From Eledone cirrhosa (lineage: Eukaryota), in NCBI GenBank assembly GCA_964016885.1, contig OZ024750.1:5146001-5210000 (forward strand): 64,000 nt of DNA, read 5' to 3'. The notes beneath the pieces were generated by a model. The model did not search any database. It saw only the letters and a program-made list of their open reading frames with translations, and was not told where the DNA came from. The translations under genes and the position numbers were made by a program. This document shows, piece by piece, positions 12,696 through 22,426 of the stretch (its first letter is position 1; every line of letters starts with the position of its first letter).

Positions 12696-13060
12696 ACACC
12701 TCAGGCCTTCAGCAGTCTGTCAGTGTCACCCTAGCTGAGCATTGAAAACACACCTCAGGCCTTCAGCAGTCTATCAGTGTCACCTTTGCTGAGCATTGAA
12801 AACACACCTCAGGCCTTCAGCAGTCTGTCAGTGTCACCTTAGCTGAGCATTGAAAATACACCTCAGGCCTTCAGCAGTCTGTCAGTGTCACCTTAGCTGA
12901 GCATTGAAAACACACCTCAGGCCTTCAGCAGTCTGTCAGTGTCACCTTAGCTGAGCATTGAAAATACACCTCAGGCCGTCAGCAGTCTATCAGTGTCACC
13001 TTTGCTGAGCATTGAAAACACACCTCAGGCCTTCAGCAGTCAACAGTCTATTAGTGCCAC
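12696..13060. repeat. 54-bp minisatellite, 6 full units plus a partial
   Basis: Unit ACACCTCAGGCCTTCAGCAGTCTGTCAGTGTCACCTTAGCTGAGCATTGAAAAC starts at 12696, 12750, 12804, 12858, 12912, 12966 and 13020. Confidence 0.95.
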
Positions 13061-13292
13061 CCGGATCCCGAAGCCGTTTATACAACCTACTCCGCTTCTG
13101 GTACCTAAGATGTGAGAAGTATATAGGTACCCTTTACAGTATATACTCTTCTCATTCTCTCATAATTTCACAGAAATACGCTACTTTATATATTTTTATT
13201 GATATAGTTTCACTGATGTTAAAATATAATATAAAGAATTTTACTTTTCTCATTTTTCTTTATTTCGTTTTTTTGCTTTTTTTTCAATTTTG

Positions 13293-14000
13293 TTAGCAGA
13301 AAAAGAAATCTAAAAAGCTTCCTTTGCATGTCGGAGGAGGACAATCCTTGTTACCATACTGTTCAGTTGAAACAACTCTGTCAAAATGTTCTGCACCAGT
13401 ATGGCACAATGTAACATAAGGACGCATCCCCCTTATCTGTCTGAGAGGTCGAAAATGAAACCATTCATACTGTTGGTGGACAACTGGTGTTAACAAATAA
13501 ATATCCATTCCTAAAAATGTAGCAGCGGCAAATATTTCGGCTGTCGTTGCCCAAACTTTGTCTGTACGCATTCTTTCAAGATGATCTTCTATTGTTTCAG
13601 AATTATCAATAAAGAGAGAAAATAAAGTTGGTCGCTGTTTCATATAATCAACAATCCGATTTCGAATCCATTTATGAAATTTTTCACTACCAAAAACTTC
13701 TTTACTCAACGATCGAAAGAAACAATTCCCGTCTCCAGAAATTAAATCAATCCTTCTGCATATTTTCGAAAGAAAGTTCTCTAAAAAACTATAAATGGAA
13801 ACACACGGTGGAGATTTAATATTATGCGTTGATCCACCCGGGGAATCGATTAATTTCGTCATCACCTTTGAAGAATTTCCAGAATTGCTTACATTTAGAA
13901 AACCATCAGTATTTGCGGTAAGTTTCGAAATTACATCTTTTCTTTCAGCGAATGACGTAAGATACCTTGTCGGACATCGTGAGATGATGCTTGGAATCAT
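13293..14000 (-). CDS. Intronless OTU-domain cysteine protease (putative deubiquitinase), paralogue A, 235 aa
   Basis: ISGDGNCFFRSLS (Asp90, Cys93), WATTAEIFAAA and LCHTGAEHFDRV (His205, Asp207). Minus-strand AATAAA at 13200-13195. Ungapped homology to 21788-22426. Confidence 0.9.
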   Translation of the reverse strand: MIPSIISRCPTRYLTSFAERKDVISKLTANTDGFLNVSNSGNSSKVMTKLIDSPGGSTHNIKSPPCVSIYSFLENFLSKICRRIDLISGDGNCFFRSLSKEVFGSEKFHKWIRNRIVDYMKQRPTLFSLFIDNSETIEDHLERMRTDKVWATTAEIFAAATFLGMDIYLLTPVVHQQYEWFHFRPLRQIRGMRPYVTLCHTGAEHFDRVVSTEQYGNKDCPPPTCKGSFLDFFFC

Positions 14001-14026
14001 CAGATTGGATTTGATTTGACAAAATG

Positions 14027-14182
14027 CCGGAAGTAAAGCATTTTATGAGGGAAGCACTTTTATGCTAACGATCCTCTTCCGAAAATCTTCTTACATCTTC
14101 CAACAGACAGCAAAAAATCCGAGAGTTATCGGGGAAAAGTTACAACTAAATGACGTCATAGTATCTTATGATTTCTGATTGG
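14027..14182 (-). promoter_or_regulatory. Candidate proximal promoter of OTU paralogue A
   Basis: ETS-like CCGGAAGT at 14027-14034, perfect CRE palindrome TGACGTCA at 14151-14158, and CCAAT on the minus strand at 14182-14178. Confidence 0.5.
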
Positions 14183-15170
14183 ATCATTAATCCGCTACGT
14201 ATCAGAAAATGTTTTGCCAACTGAAACTATTACCATCATTGAAAGTGTTTAAGGAATAAGAGAGATTTTACTGACATAAAAATATATATTTATTCAAACT
14301 GCAGGTACTTTTATTTATCGGAAGCTAAATAAACACAAGAATAATTTACATCTGTGTGTATTATACAACTCCGGGGTACAGCCATGACTATGTAATTTAT
14401 ATTTTATAAACTTGCACCATGCTATCGTACATCCTGTTTCAAAACAAATTTTCTCATTTTCATGAAATATTTTAACTCAACATGTATTTGCAATCGTGTC
14501 GTTTGAAATGAGTATTTTTAAGTACAAATCCCCACCCCCTTTTGCCCTTAATTTTATCATAGTTCAAAATTTCTCGTATTATACACACTAGAAAACACGG
14601 TAACTGACAATATAATCACCTCTAATTGTTAGAATGTATTTGTAGAGAAATCATGTCAAAGTGGCGCTTATCTAAAATGTCTTCTTTTTTCAGATACTGG
14701 ACAGTGATTTTATTCAACAAAAAACGGTGCGTATTAAATTATGTAATATTTAAGATATTCAAGGATGTCTTTCATATCTTTCCATGTCTTATATATATAC
14801 AAACGGCAATTCCAGATTACAAATATGTCCTCTGTTACTAAAACTTCCATATCTTCAACTTTTTCATTACCATATTTCTAATGAAACAAAAGACATTGCT
14901 TATGATTTTCAAATAATTTTGAAAATAATGAAGAATTTGGAGGGATTTAGTTATAGTACTAACATTCTCTTTTTTAAGCTAATGTTTGGAACATAATTTA
15001 TCAATTCGATAAATATGACCACTTTAAATCAGTTTTGTATCATAGACTCAGAAGTAGTTTCAGGCGGTTTGGTATCAAAAAAGTTACTTACAAATTCTAG
15101 TGTAAAGACATTCCATTCCCTTTGAAGCTTGTATCAGAAAAGCCATAGTCCACACAACACAACATGAATA

Positions 15171-15276
<106 letters not shown>

Positions 15277-15767
15277 GTGAGAAGAAAGAAGAATACTGCG
15301 TGGTTGCACATGGGTTACATATGATAAAAATAGTCCCTCGTCAGTGATTTTCCAACCATCATTGATATTTCATCGCATTAAAAATCATATACCCCAGGTT
15401 GGTGCGAGCAATAGCTAAATAAAGCTGTTGGGACAAGTAAATCGCGTAAAGCGAGTGAGACAAGTAAACAACATAGAAGGATGAAAGCAACGCAAAGATA
15501 GGAATAAACAAGCAACATGGTTATCCGGTCAGCATAAGCTGGGTGGATTTCATGAGCGATCGCGATACAGACCGTCCGTGTGAGTGAGATGTGAGCAAGA
15601 AGAGAACCCACTACTAGCCAAACGGGAGGAAGTGAGAAGGGGAGAAACAGAGAGTGAGTAAGTGGAAGTGCGAGGAAGAGGTCAGTCGAGAGAAAGTGTA
15701 ACTGACAGAGGGGGCGAAAGAAGGTGAGAACAACAGAGAGAACGGGGAAGCAATATATATATATATA

Positions 15768-15954
15768 ACGAAGGAAATGTGGTAAGGAACCAGGTGGACC
15801 ATAACGCACCAAAGTACTCAATACTTGAGGTAGTAGAGTGGGTAATAGGAACCAGTAAGACCCCGACAGCTGAGCTCAAGCCGTTTCGACGGCTAATTCT
15901 GGGAGAATTAGCCGTCGAAACGGCTTGAGCTCAGCTGTCGGGGTCTTACTGGTT

Positions 15955-15959
<5 letters not shown>
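15768..15959. mobile_element. (TA)n-embedded fold-back element, copy 2
   Basis: Same leader as the copy at 5936; perfect 56-bp arms at 15845-15900 and 15904-15959 with a GGG loop; (TA)n on both sides. Confidence 0.8.
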
Positions 15960-16004
<45 letters not shown>

Positions 16005-16303
16005 CACAATTCAAGAGTAGTAAACCAATCTTAAAGGGAGAGATGGATATAGGCGAGGAGAAGAGAGATTGGTGAATTTGTTAGAAGCCAAAAGCGTAAA
16101 GGCATGTGCTCAATGTGCAATATGCAGTGGAAAGCAGCTAGATGGCTGGGTTCATGCAGAGATTAGGTGCACAGAGCTGGAAATATTCATTAGTTAAGCA
16201 AAACAAGACCACAAATTTCACAAGGAAGGCGTTATTTAAAGAAAGTCAACATAGTTTCAGTATATGTGAGGAATAAGGAGTGTAATTATATTTTAATGTA
16301 AGG

Positions 16304-16334
<31 letters not shown>

Positions 16335-16659
16335 GTAATTATAGTTTAATGTAAGGAATGTTAATAATGATAATAATATATATATATATATATATACACA
16401 AATGTGAGGTATCAAAACATATCATTTGATCTTTGTGCTTCTCAATAAAAAAAAAAGCTCAATAGACTTTGTCCAGAGCTATAATAATTCATTATTAAAA
16501 GCCTTTCATCCTTACGGGGTCGATAAAATAAAGTACCAGTAATACACTAGGTAATTGCTGGCCTTGTGCCAAAAGTAGAAACAATTATTAAAAGATATAT
16601 GTATCTCTCTCTCTATATATATATATATCTTTCATTTTGAATTGTATATATATATATAT

Positions 16660-16872
16660 GAAAAAAAGAAAAAGAATGTCTTCACTTGTAGTTCTAAATA
16701 ATTTGATTTAATTTCATATTATAATATTATGAGTTGGTAGATCTAGTGCCCCGACAGGGACTCAGTGCGGGACTCTGTCGAGGCACTAGATCTACCAACT
16801 CATATTATTATATTATAAAATTAAATCAAATTATTTAGAACTACAAGTGAAGTCATTCTTTTCCTTTTTTTC
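16660..16872. mobile_element. Large palindromic (MITE or fold-back) element with ~100-bp arms
   Basis: TTCACTTGTAGTTCTAAATAATTTGATTTAATTT...ATGAGTTGGTAGATCTAGTGCC mirrored around about 16765; TA-rich flanks. Confidence 0.75.
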
Positions 16873-16912
16873 AAATATACCTAACTGTACCAAGAATCTC
16901 TCACATTTTCAA

Positions 16913-16949
<37 letters not shown>

Positions 16950-17449
16950 CGCGTGTGTGTATATCTAGTATCAAGGGTTTCCGTCGCAAGGATGAAGAGA
17001 ATTATGTTATCAACAGAGCTGAAATATTAATAATGTCTGCTTGCTGCTTGACAGAGTTGAGCGCTACCTTAGGTTTCAAAATATTTCCTTGTATTGGCCT
17101 GAATGTTTCGAATGATTTTCCTCAGGCGAATAGATAAGATGAGATCTCGTGAGATCAAAGGGAAGTAATTTAGCTAGGTATTTTATGATTATTCAAGGGG
17201 AGTTAACTCATGCATTTATATGTGTTTAATCGTTAAAAGGGTTTGTGTGTGTGTGTGTGTGAGAGAGAGAGTGTGTTTGTGTGTGTGTGTGTATTATTAT
17301 GGTCTGTCACGTTGAAGTGGGGTCCTATTTTTAGGTCCGGGTTGATATGTGTGGGGGTGGGGCACATAGTGGATTAAGGTGGGTACATATTGGCTGTGTG
17401 GTGATGTGGGATGTGTGGGCTTGCTTTTTGCTATGCTGATAGAAGATGG

Positions 17450-17830
17450 GATTTTAGGTGTGGCAAACCTCTAAATACCTCCTTAGTGTTTATTCTCAGA
17501 TATTTATTGGGAGATTTCAATCCCAGAAGTTTGCGTTTAGGCAACGTAAACACCTCTTAGTGACTTTGATGTATGATCTGGAACTATCTGGGATACCCCC
17601 ATTTAATTGTGTAGAGTATCCGTTGATCTTTTAGTTTCCAGGCTCACTTTGCCAGTGCAGTGGCTGTCCTCTTTTGAGGGTAAACGACGTGATATGTGAA
17701 TTGTACCGTTGGTCTTGTGCCATACCTACATATCGTCTGCAACTCTCTGTTTGGTTGATTTATCTGGTGTAATGATGGCTTCACATTCTATTGACTTCAC
17801 ATTACATCTCTGCTGTAGCGGACTGTCCTC
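17450..17830 (-). mobile_element. Decayed Penelope-like element GIY-YIG endonuclease region
   Basis: The frameshifted minus strand reads CPLQQRCNVKSI..EAII..RYVGMA..QRYNSHITSF..TALAK*AWKLKD..YTIKW..Y..VTKRCLRCL. This matches the CPL..C / YIG / RY..H..SF / W.LK / I.W / C..CL pattern of PLE endonucleases. Confidence 0.7.
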
Positions 17831-18043
17831 CATTACCCTGCCCGCGTGGGATGGTGGGGTGGTGGAGGACTTACAGATCTGTAGACGCCCCACCCCTTCA
17901 CTATATTTTAAAGAGCCCCAAATTAATGCAAGCTTTATCCACTCATGATTTTGAGAATCACTCTTTCATAGAATACTTGAACTCCTATTTTTTTTTTTTT
18001 TTGTACATTGTAAAATGATCTTTTTTTTTTAGTTTAAAATTAA

Positions 18044-18170
18044 GTCGACTATTTACGTCATATAACTTGTATATGGCGGAAACTACCGACTTTTATGTCA
18101 TATAACTTGTATATGGCGGAAACTGTCGACTATTTACGTCATATAACTTGTATATGGCGGAAATTGTCAA
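18044..18170. repeat. ~40-bp tandem repeat, about 3 units
   Basis: GACTATTTACGTCATATAACTTGTATATGGCGGAAACT repeated. Confidence 0.9.
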
Positions 18171-18323
18171 GATTTTAGCACTTTTATTGAACAATTTGGG
18201 TAACCTTTACACTAATAGTTCTTTTATATTGTACGGTGGAAAATGGAGGAACTAACACAACTCTTCACTTATCCGCTTATAACACACTTATAGACCTGTT
18301 ATTATTTGAAATCAAAACAGGAT

Positions 18324-18540
18324 GGTGGATTGGCAGTAATCGGTAGAGCGTCGGACAACATGCTTTGTGGCATAGAATTACGGCCTTTTATGTTCTGAGT
18401 TCAAATCCCGCTGAAGTTAGCTTTGCCTTTCATCCTTACTGGGTCGATAAGATAAAGAACCAGTAATGCACTGGGGTCGATTTAATCGACTTTCCCCACC
18501 CTCTAAATTGTTGGCCTTGTGCTGAAATCAGAAACCATTA
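18324..18540 (+). mobile_element. Full-length tRNA-derived SINE (long subtype)
   Basis: Box A TGGCAGTAATCGG, box B GAGTTCAAATCC, the GTCGATTTAATCGAC hairpin segment, and the ...GAAACCATTATT end. Confidence 0.8.
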
Positions 18541-18868
18541 TTTGAAGGCTACTGTTTTGTGTATGACCTCATGAAAATAGTCCAATTGGGTCAGACCAAA
18601 GTTGGCCCAGCCCCCAGACCATGGCCTTGTTTAATAAAACTTCATTAGAAATATGTGAACATATTATATTTTTAAGTGAACGTAACCAACGGGTCAGGGG
18701 TTGTTTAGTATATATATAAAGTTATGAGCGTTTTTAATAACTCAAGGACTTTATAAACATTGGGTATAATACAGTTAGTAAACATTCTCAAATGAAGAAA
18801 GGGGGAAAGACGAGAAGAGAGAAAAACTCTATAAATAGCCGATATAACTTAAAATGTAATGAAGAAGA

Positions 18869-19040
18869 CTAGATGTTACAAGTAAACACGCGACAGCCGA
18901 GTTTATGAAAGTATTATCCAAGAACCCTGGGCAATGTAGTTTCAGAATATATATAGTTATGGGGGTCTATCTCCAAAACCATAGGAGTAGTTCGTGAACA
19001 AACAAACAAACAGAAAGGAATACAACTTTATATATATAGA
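18869..19040 (-). mobile_element. Short non-autonomous Helitron-like element
   Basis: On the minus strand it starts TC (TCTATATATATAAAG, then (GTTT)n), ends CTAG, and is inserted between A and T with no target-site duplication. Confidence 0.5.
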
Positions 19041-19784
19041 TATATAGGACAAAAGCTTAGTGTACTTTTGTAGAACAATGATGCATTTAGTGGTTGTGCA
19101 TCAAAAGACAACTCTGATTGAACAGTCCTATGTTTAAAGACGCTCCAGCCACAACCATCATCTTTTTTTTTTTCTCTGGTGGAGTAGCAACAACCCATTT
19201 TGTGAAAGTATATATATAGGACAGAAGCTTAGTGTAGTTTTGTAAAACAGTAAATAATGCATTTAATTGTTGCCCAGCCCAGGTCAACTCTGATTGAACA
19301 GACCTTGGGTCAAGGATGTCCAGCCACGACCATCCTTTCTCTCAATTTTCTAAAAGTATTTTAGACAAAAGCTTAGAGTTCCTTTACAGTACAATAATAC
19401 CTCTATTGTGAATCACGCTGTGTTAGTGGTACTACTAATTAATAATTCATATTGTTGCTGTTGTTTTACTTAATCAATCTGGCAGAAAAAGCAGTCCCAA
19501 TAACTTTCAGAGAAATTCTGGGACCGGGGGGACTGATATTGTTCTATTTACTCCTGGGGGAAAGACTGTGTGTAAGGGCTTAGCATGGTTGGATAATACA
19601 TGGGTGATGAGAGACAAGTGAATCAGAAGGGAGTTCCTGAGAGTCGATGTTCTGGACACGAAAAACTGGGTGTAGTTGTTAGTGTGTGTATGTGTGTGTT
19701 TATAAAATGTGTGTGTGTCCGGGAGCCCTAGCTCTCTACACAAACTATAACATATGGCACACATTACTTACATAGTTTGTAACC

Positions 19785-20100
19785 CCTGTATGTGGGATGT
19801 GACATGCAGTGACATTTCCTTTATGGACAACTTGGTGTAATTTAGCGACAGGCCCGATAGGCTGAAGACCACAAGCTGATAAAATACTGGGCCCACTCCA
19901 ATAGGCTTCTCGTCGAACCCATAACAGTGGAAGTTTCTGATATTCAGAGACCCCGAACCACCTTTTTACGCCGTTACGATCGGGATTGAAAAGGACATCT
20001 TTAGGAATGAGCTCCACAAGTTGGACTGGCTCCTTGAACACATTTCCCTTGCCATCCCCCGGGATAACACATTCGCCATTCTGTCCATTGGGTTCACCAA
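19785..20100 (+). mobile_element. Degenerate CRE-clade retrotransposon endonuclease and C-terminal region
   Basis: The frameshifted + strand reads MWDVTCSD..AEDHKLIKY..VEPITVEV..LDWLLEHISLAIPRDNTFAILSIG. Confidence 0.7.
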
Positions 20101-20126
20101 AGACAGCCGTTAAATGTCGTTATAAA

Positions 20127-20810
20127 TAATTGTTTCTACTTTAGGCACAAGGCCAGCAATTACCCAGTGCATTACTGGTACTTTATTTTATCGACCCCGT
20201 AAGGATGAAAGGCAAAGTCAACCTCGGCGGGATTTGAACTCAGACCATAAAGGGCCGTAACTCTTGCTGCAAAGCATGGCGTCCGACCCTCTACCGATAC
20301 TGCCAATCCACCGTAACATGTCGTTATAAATAATTGTTTCTACTTTAGGCACAAGGCCAGCAAATACCCAGTACATTACTGGTACTTTATTTTATCAACC
20401 CCGTAAGGATGAAAGGCAAAGTCAACCTCGGCGGGATTTGAACTCAGATCGTAAAGGGACGTAACTATGCTAGAAAGCATGGCGTCCAACCCTCTACCGA
20501 TAAAATAATTGTTTCTACTTTAGGCACAAGGCCAGCAATTACCCAGTGCATTACTGGTACTTTATTTTATCGACCCCGTAAGGATGAAAGGCAAAGTCAA
20601 CCTCGGCGGGATTTGAACTCAGATCGTAAAGGGACGTAACTATGCTGGATAAAATAATTGTTTCTACGTTAGGCACAAGGCCAGCAATTATCCAGTGCAT
20701 TACTGGTACTTTATTTTATCGACCCCGTAAGGATGAAAGGCAAAGTCAACCTCGGCGGGATTTGAACTCAGATCGTAAAGGGACGTAACTATGCTGGATA
20801 AAATAATGGC
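20127..20810 (-). mobile_element. Head-to-tail array of four SINE copies (short subtype)
   Basis: Four units begin AATAATTGTTTCTAC on +; the first is complete and the others are progressively 5'-truncated. Confidence 0.85.
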
Positions 20811-21228
20811 TTCCAATTTGTGATATATTTGGTTCTAACATCTCCTGCTCTTTCAGGCATCAGTACAAATGGTATAAAAATATATTCTTGTTTTGGGTGG
20901 TTTTAAAAATCTGGGATGATGTATATATATACCCTATGACTCTATTACGTGTTCCAACCGAGAAGATGTGGCCATGCTGGGGCACCGCCATTATGAGATG
21001 TTCGTAAATATATTATTATCAAGTCCCATTGACAGTATCGGTAGAACATCGGACAACATGCTTTATGGCATAGAGTTATGGCTCTTTACATTCTGACTTC
21101 AAATCCCGCCGAGGTTAGCTGTGCCTTTCATCTTTTAAGTGGTCGATAAAATAAAGTACCAGTCACGCACTGGGGTCGATTTAATCGACTTTCCCCTCCC
21201 CCAAAATTGCTATCCTTGCGCCAAAAGT

Positions 21229-21362
21229 CGCGAGCTGGAATGGCTCTTCCAGCGCATCTCCCTTACCATCCTCCGGGGAAACGCCTTCTCCATCCTGTCC
21301 AGCGGGGCCGTGGGGAGGCCAGCACGTGGGACCCCCATTTGCTCACCATACGGATTAATAGG
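21229..21362 (+). mobile_element. CRE-clade retrotransposon 3' fragment nested in a SINE tail
   Basis: Encodes RELEWLFQRISLTILRGNAFSILSSG and interrupts the SINE end CCTTG(T/C)GCCAAAAGT^AGAAACAATT. Confidence 0.7.
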
Positions 21363-21472
21363 CAAAGTTAGAAACAATTATATCGCTATTAAAATCTGAA
21401 AACGAAAATCTGATGTGGTTTTGTTTTTGTTTGTTGTTGTTGTTTTTGTTTCAGAAGTAAATGCGTACAATA

Positions 21473-21504
21473 TGACGTAAGCCATCATCAACATATTGTG
21501 ACGT
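21473..21504 (+). promoter_or_regulatory. CRE-like sites upstream of OTU paralogue B
   Basis: TGACGTAA at 21473-21480 and TGACGT at 21499-21504, about 300 bp before the ATG. Confidence 0.35.
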
Positions 21505-21787
21505 TTCTCAGTCTTGAAATGTAACTGGGGATGAAATCACTTAGTTTATGGCGATTAGCTGGAAAACCATGGTCTGAAAGTAAGTCATGGTAGCTAATTC
21601 GGGCAATGCCTAGAAGTATTTTTTGACAGGTTTATCAGCAAAGAACTGTATTCTGCCTGAAATACGTTGTGCTTGATTAACAAATCTTTATACTACTTTT
21701 GCCTCTTGATTTGAAAAATTAATGCTATTTTCACCCAAATCTAGCTTTATCATTTAAGCGATTAATAGTACTATCAAAATAAACTCA

Positions 21788-22426
21788 ATGAAACGAAGAG
21801 AGACATCTTCTAAATGCGACACACCCTCAAAAAAAAGGCACCGTTCCAGTTCAGCTGGGCGGACATCAGAAAACTCGACAATCACATCCCAACCTTCCAC
21901 AAGAATTCGAGTTCCCCCGAGAGATAAATCCTATATACAATTGGAGCGAGCCTTGATAAAGATCGAACGCCGAATTGACTTTATATCGGGAGATGGGAAT
22001 TGCTTTTTCAGAGCTCTGAGTAAAGAGTTGTCTGGAGTGGAAAAACACCATTTAGCCTTCAGACATAAAATAGTTGATATAATCGAAGCAAAACCATCGC
22101 AGTACTCCAGGTTTTTAGATGATAACGAAACTATGGATGAACATATAGATAAAATGCGTACCAACAAAGTTTGGGCAACAACAGCAGAGGTATTCGCAGC
22201 AGCGCAATATACAGGGGAGACTATTTTTCTCTTTACTCCCGTTATAAATAAAAAATACCAATGGTACCATTTTAAACCCTTAAAGGGCAATAGAAGTGAA
22301 AGAACATACATGTTGTTGTGTCATACAGAAGGAACACACTTTGATAGGATTGTTCCTTGCGATCAATTCGATAATGCAAGTTATCCCCCACCTTTCTCGC
22401 GTGGTAATTTCCTGAAATTTTTCTGA
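21788..22426 (+). CDS. Intronless OTU-domain cysteine protease (putative deubiquitinase), paralogue B, 212 aa
   Basis: ISGDGNCFFRALS (Asp69, Cys72), WATTAEVFAAA and LCHTEGTHFDRI (His184, Asp186). Basic N-terminus KRR-x10-KKRHR. Confidence 0.9.
   Translation: MKRRETSSKCDTPSKKRHRSSSAGRTSENSTITSQPSTRIRVPPRDKSYIQLERALIKIERRIDFISGDGNCFFRALSKELSGVEKHHLAFRHKIVDIIEAKPSQYSRFLDDNETMDEHIDKMRTNKVWATTAEVFAAAQYTGETIFLFTPVINKKYQWYHFKPLKGNRSERTYMLLCHTEGTHFDRIVPCDQFDNASYPPPFSRGNFLKFF

Noticed and set aside
12696-13060. CRISPR-like regular repeats (also 45460-45760, 49990-50560 and 60749-61963)
   Set aside because: Units abut with no unique spacers, no cas genes are present, and the context is eukaryotic. 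These are ordinary minisatellites.
21931-22311. 126-aa antisense ORF over OTU B (and + strand ORFs at 13628-14019 over OTU A)
   Set aside because: These are shadow ORFs of real coding sequence.
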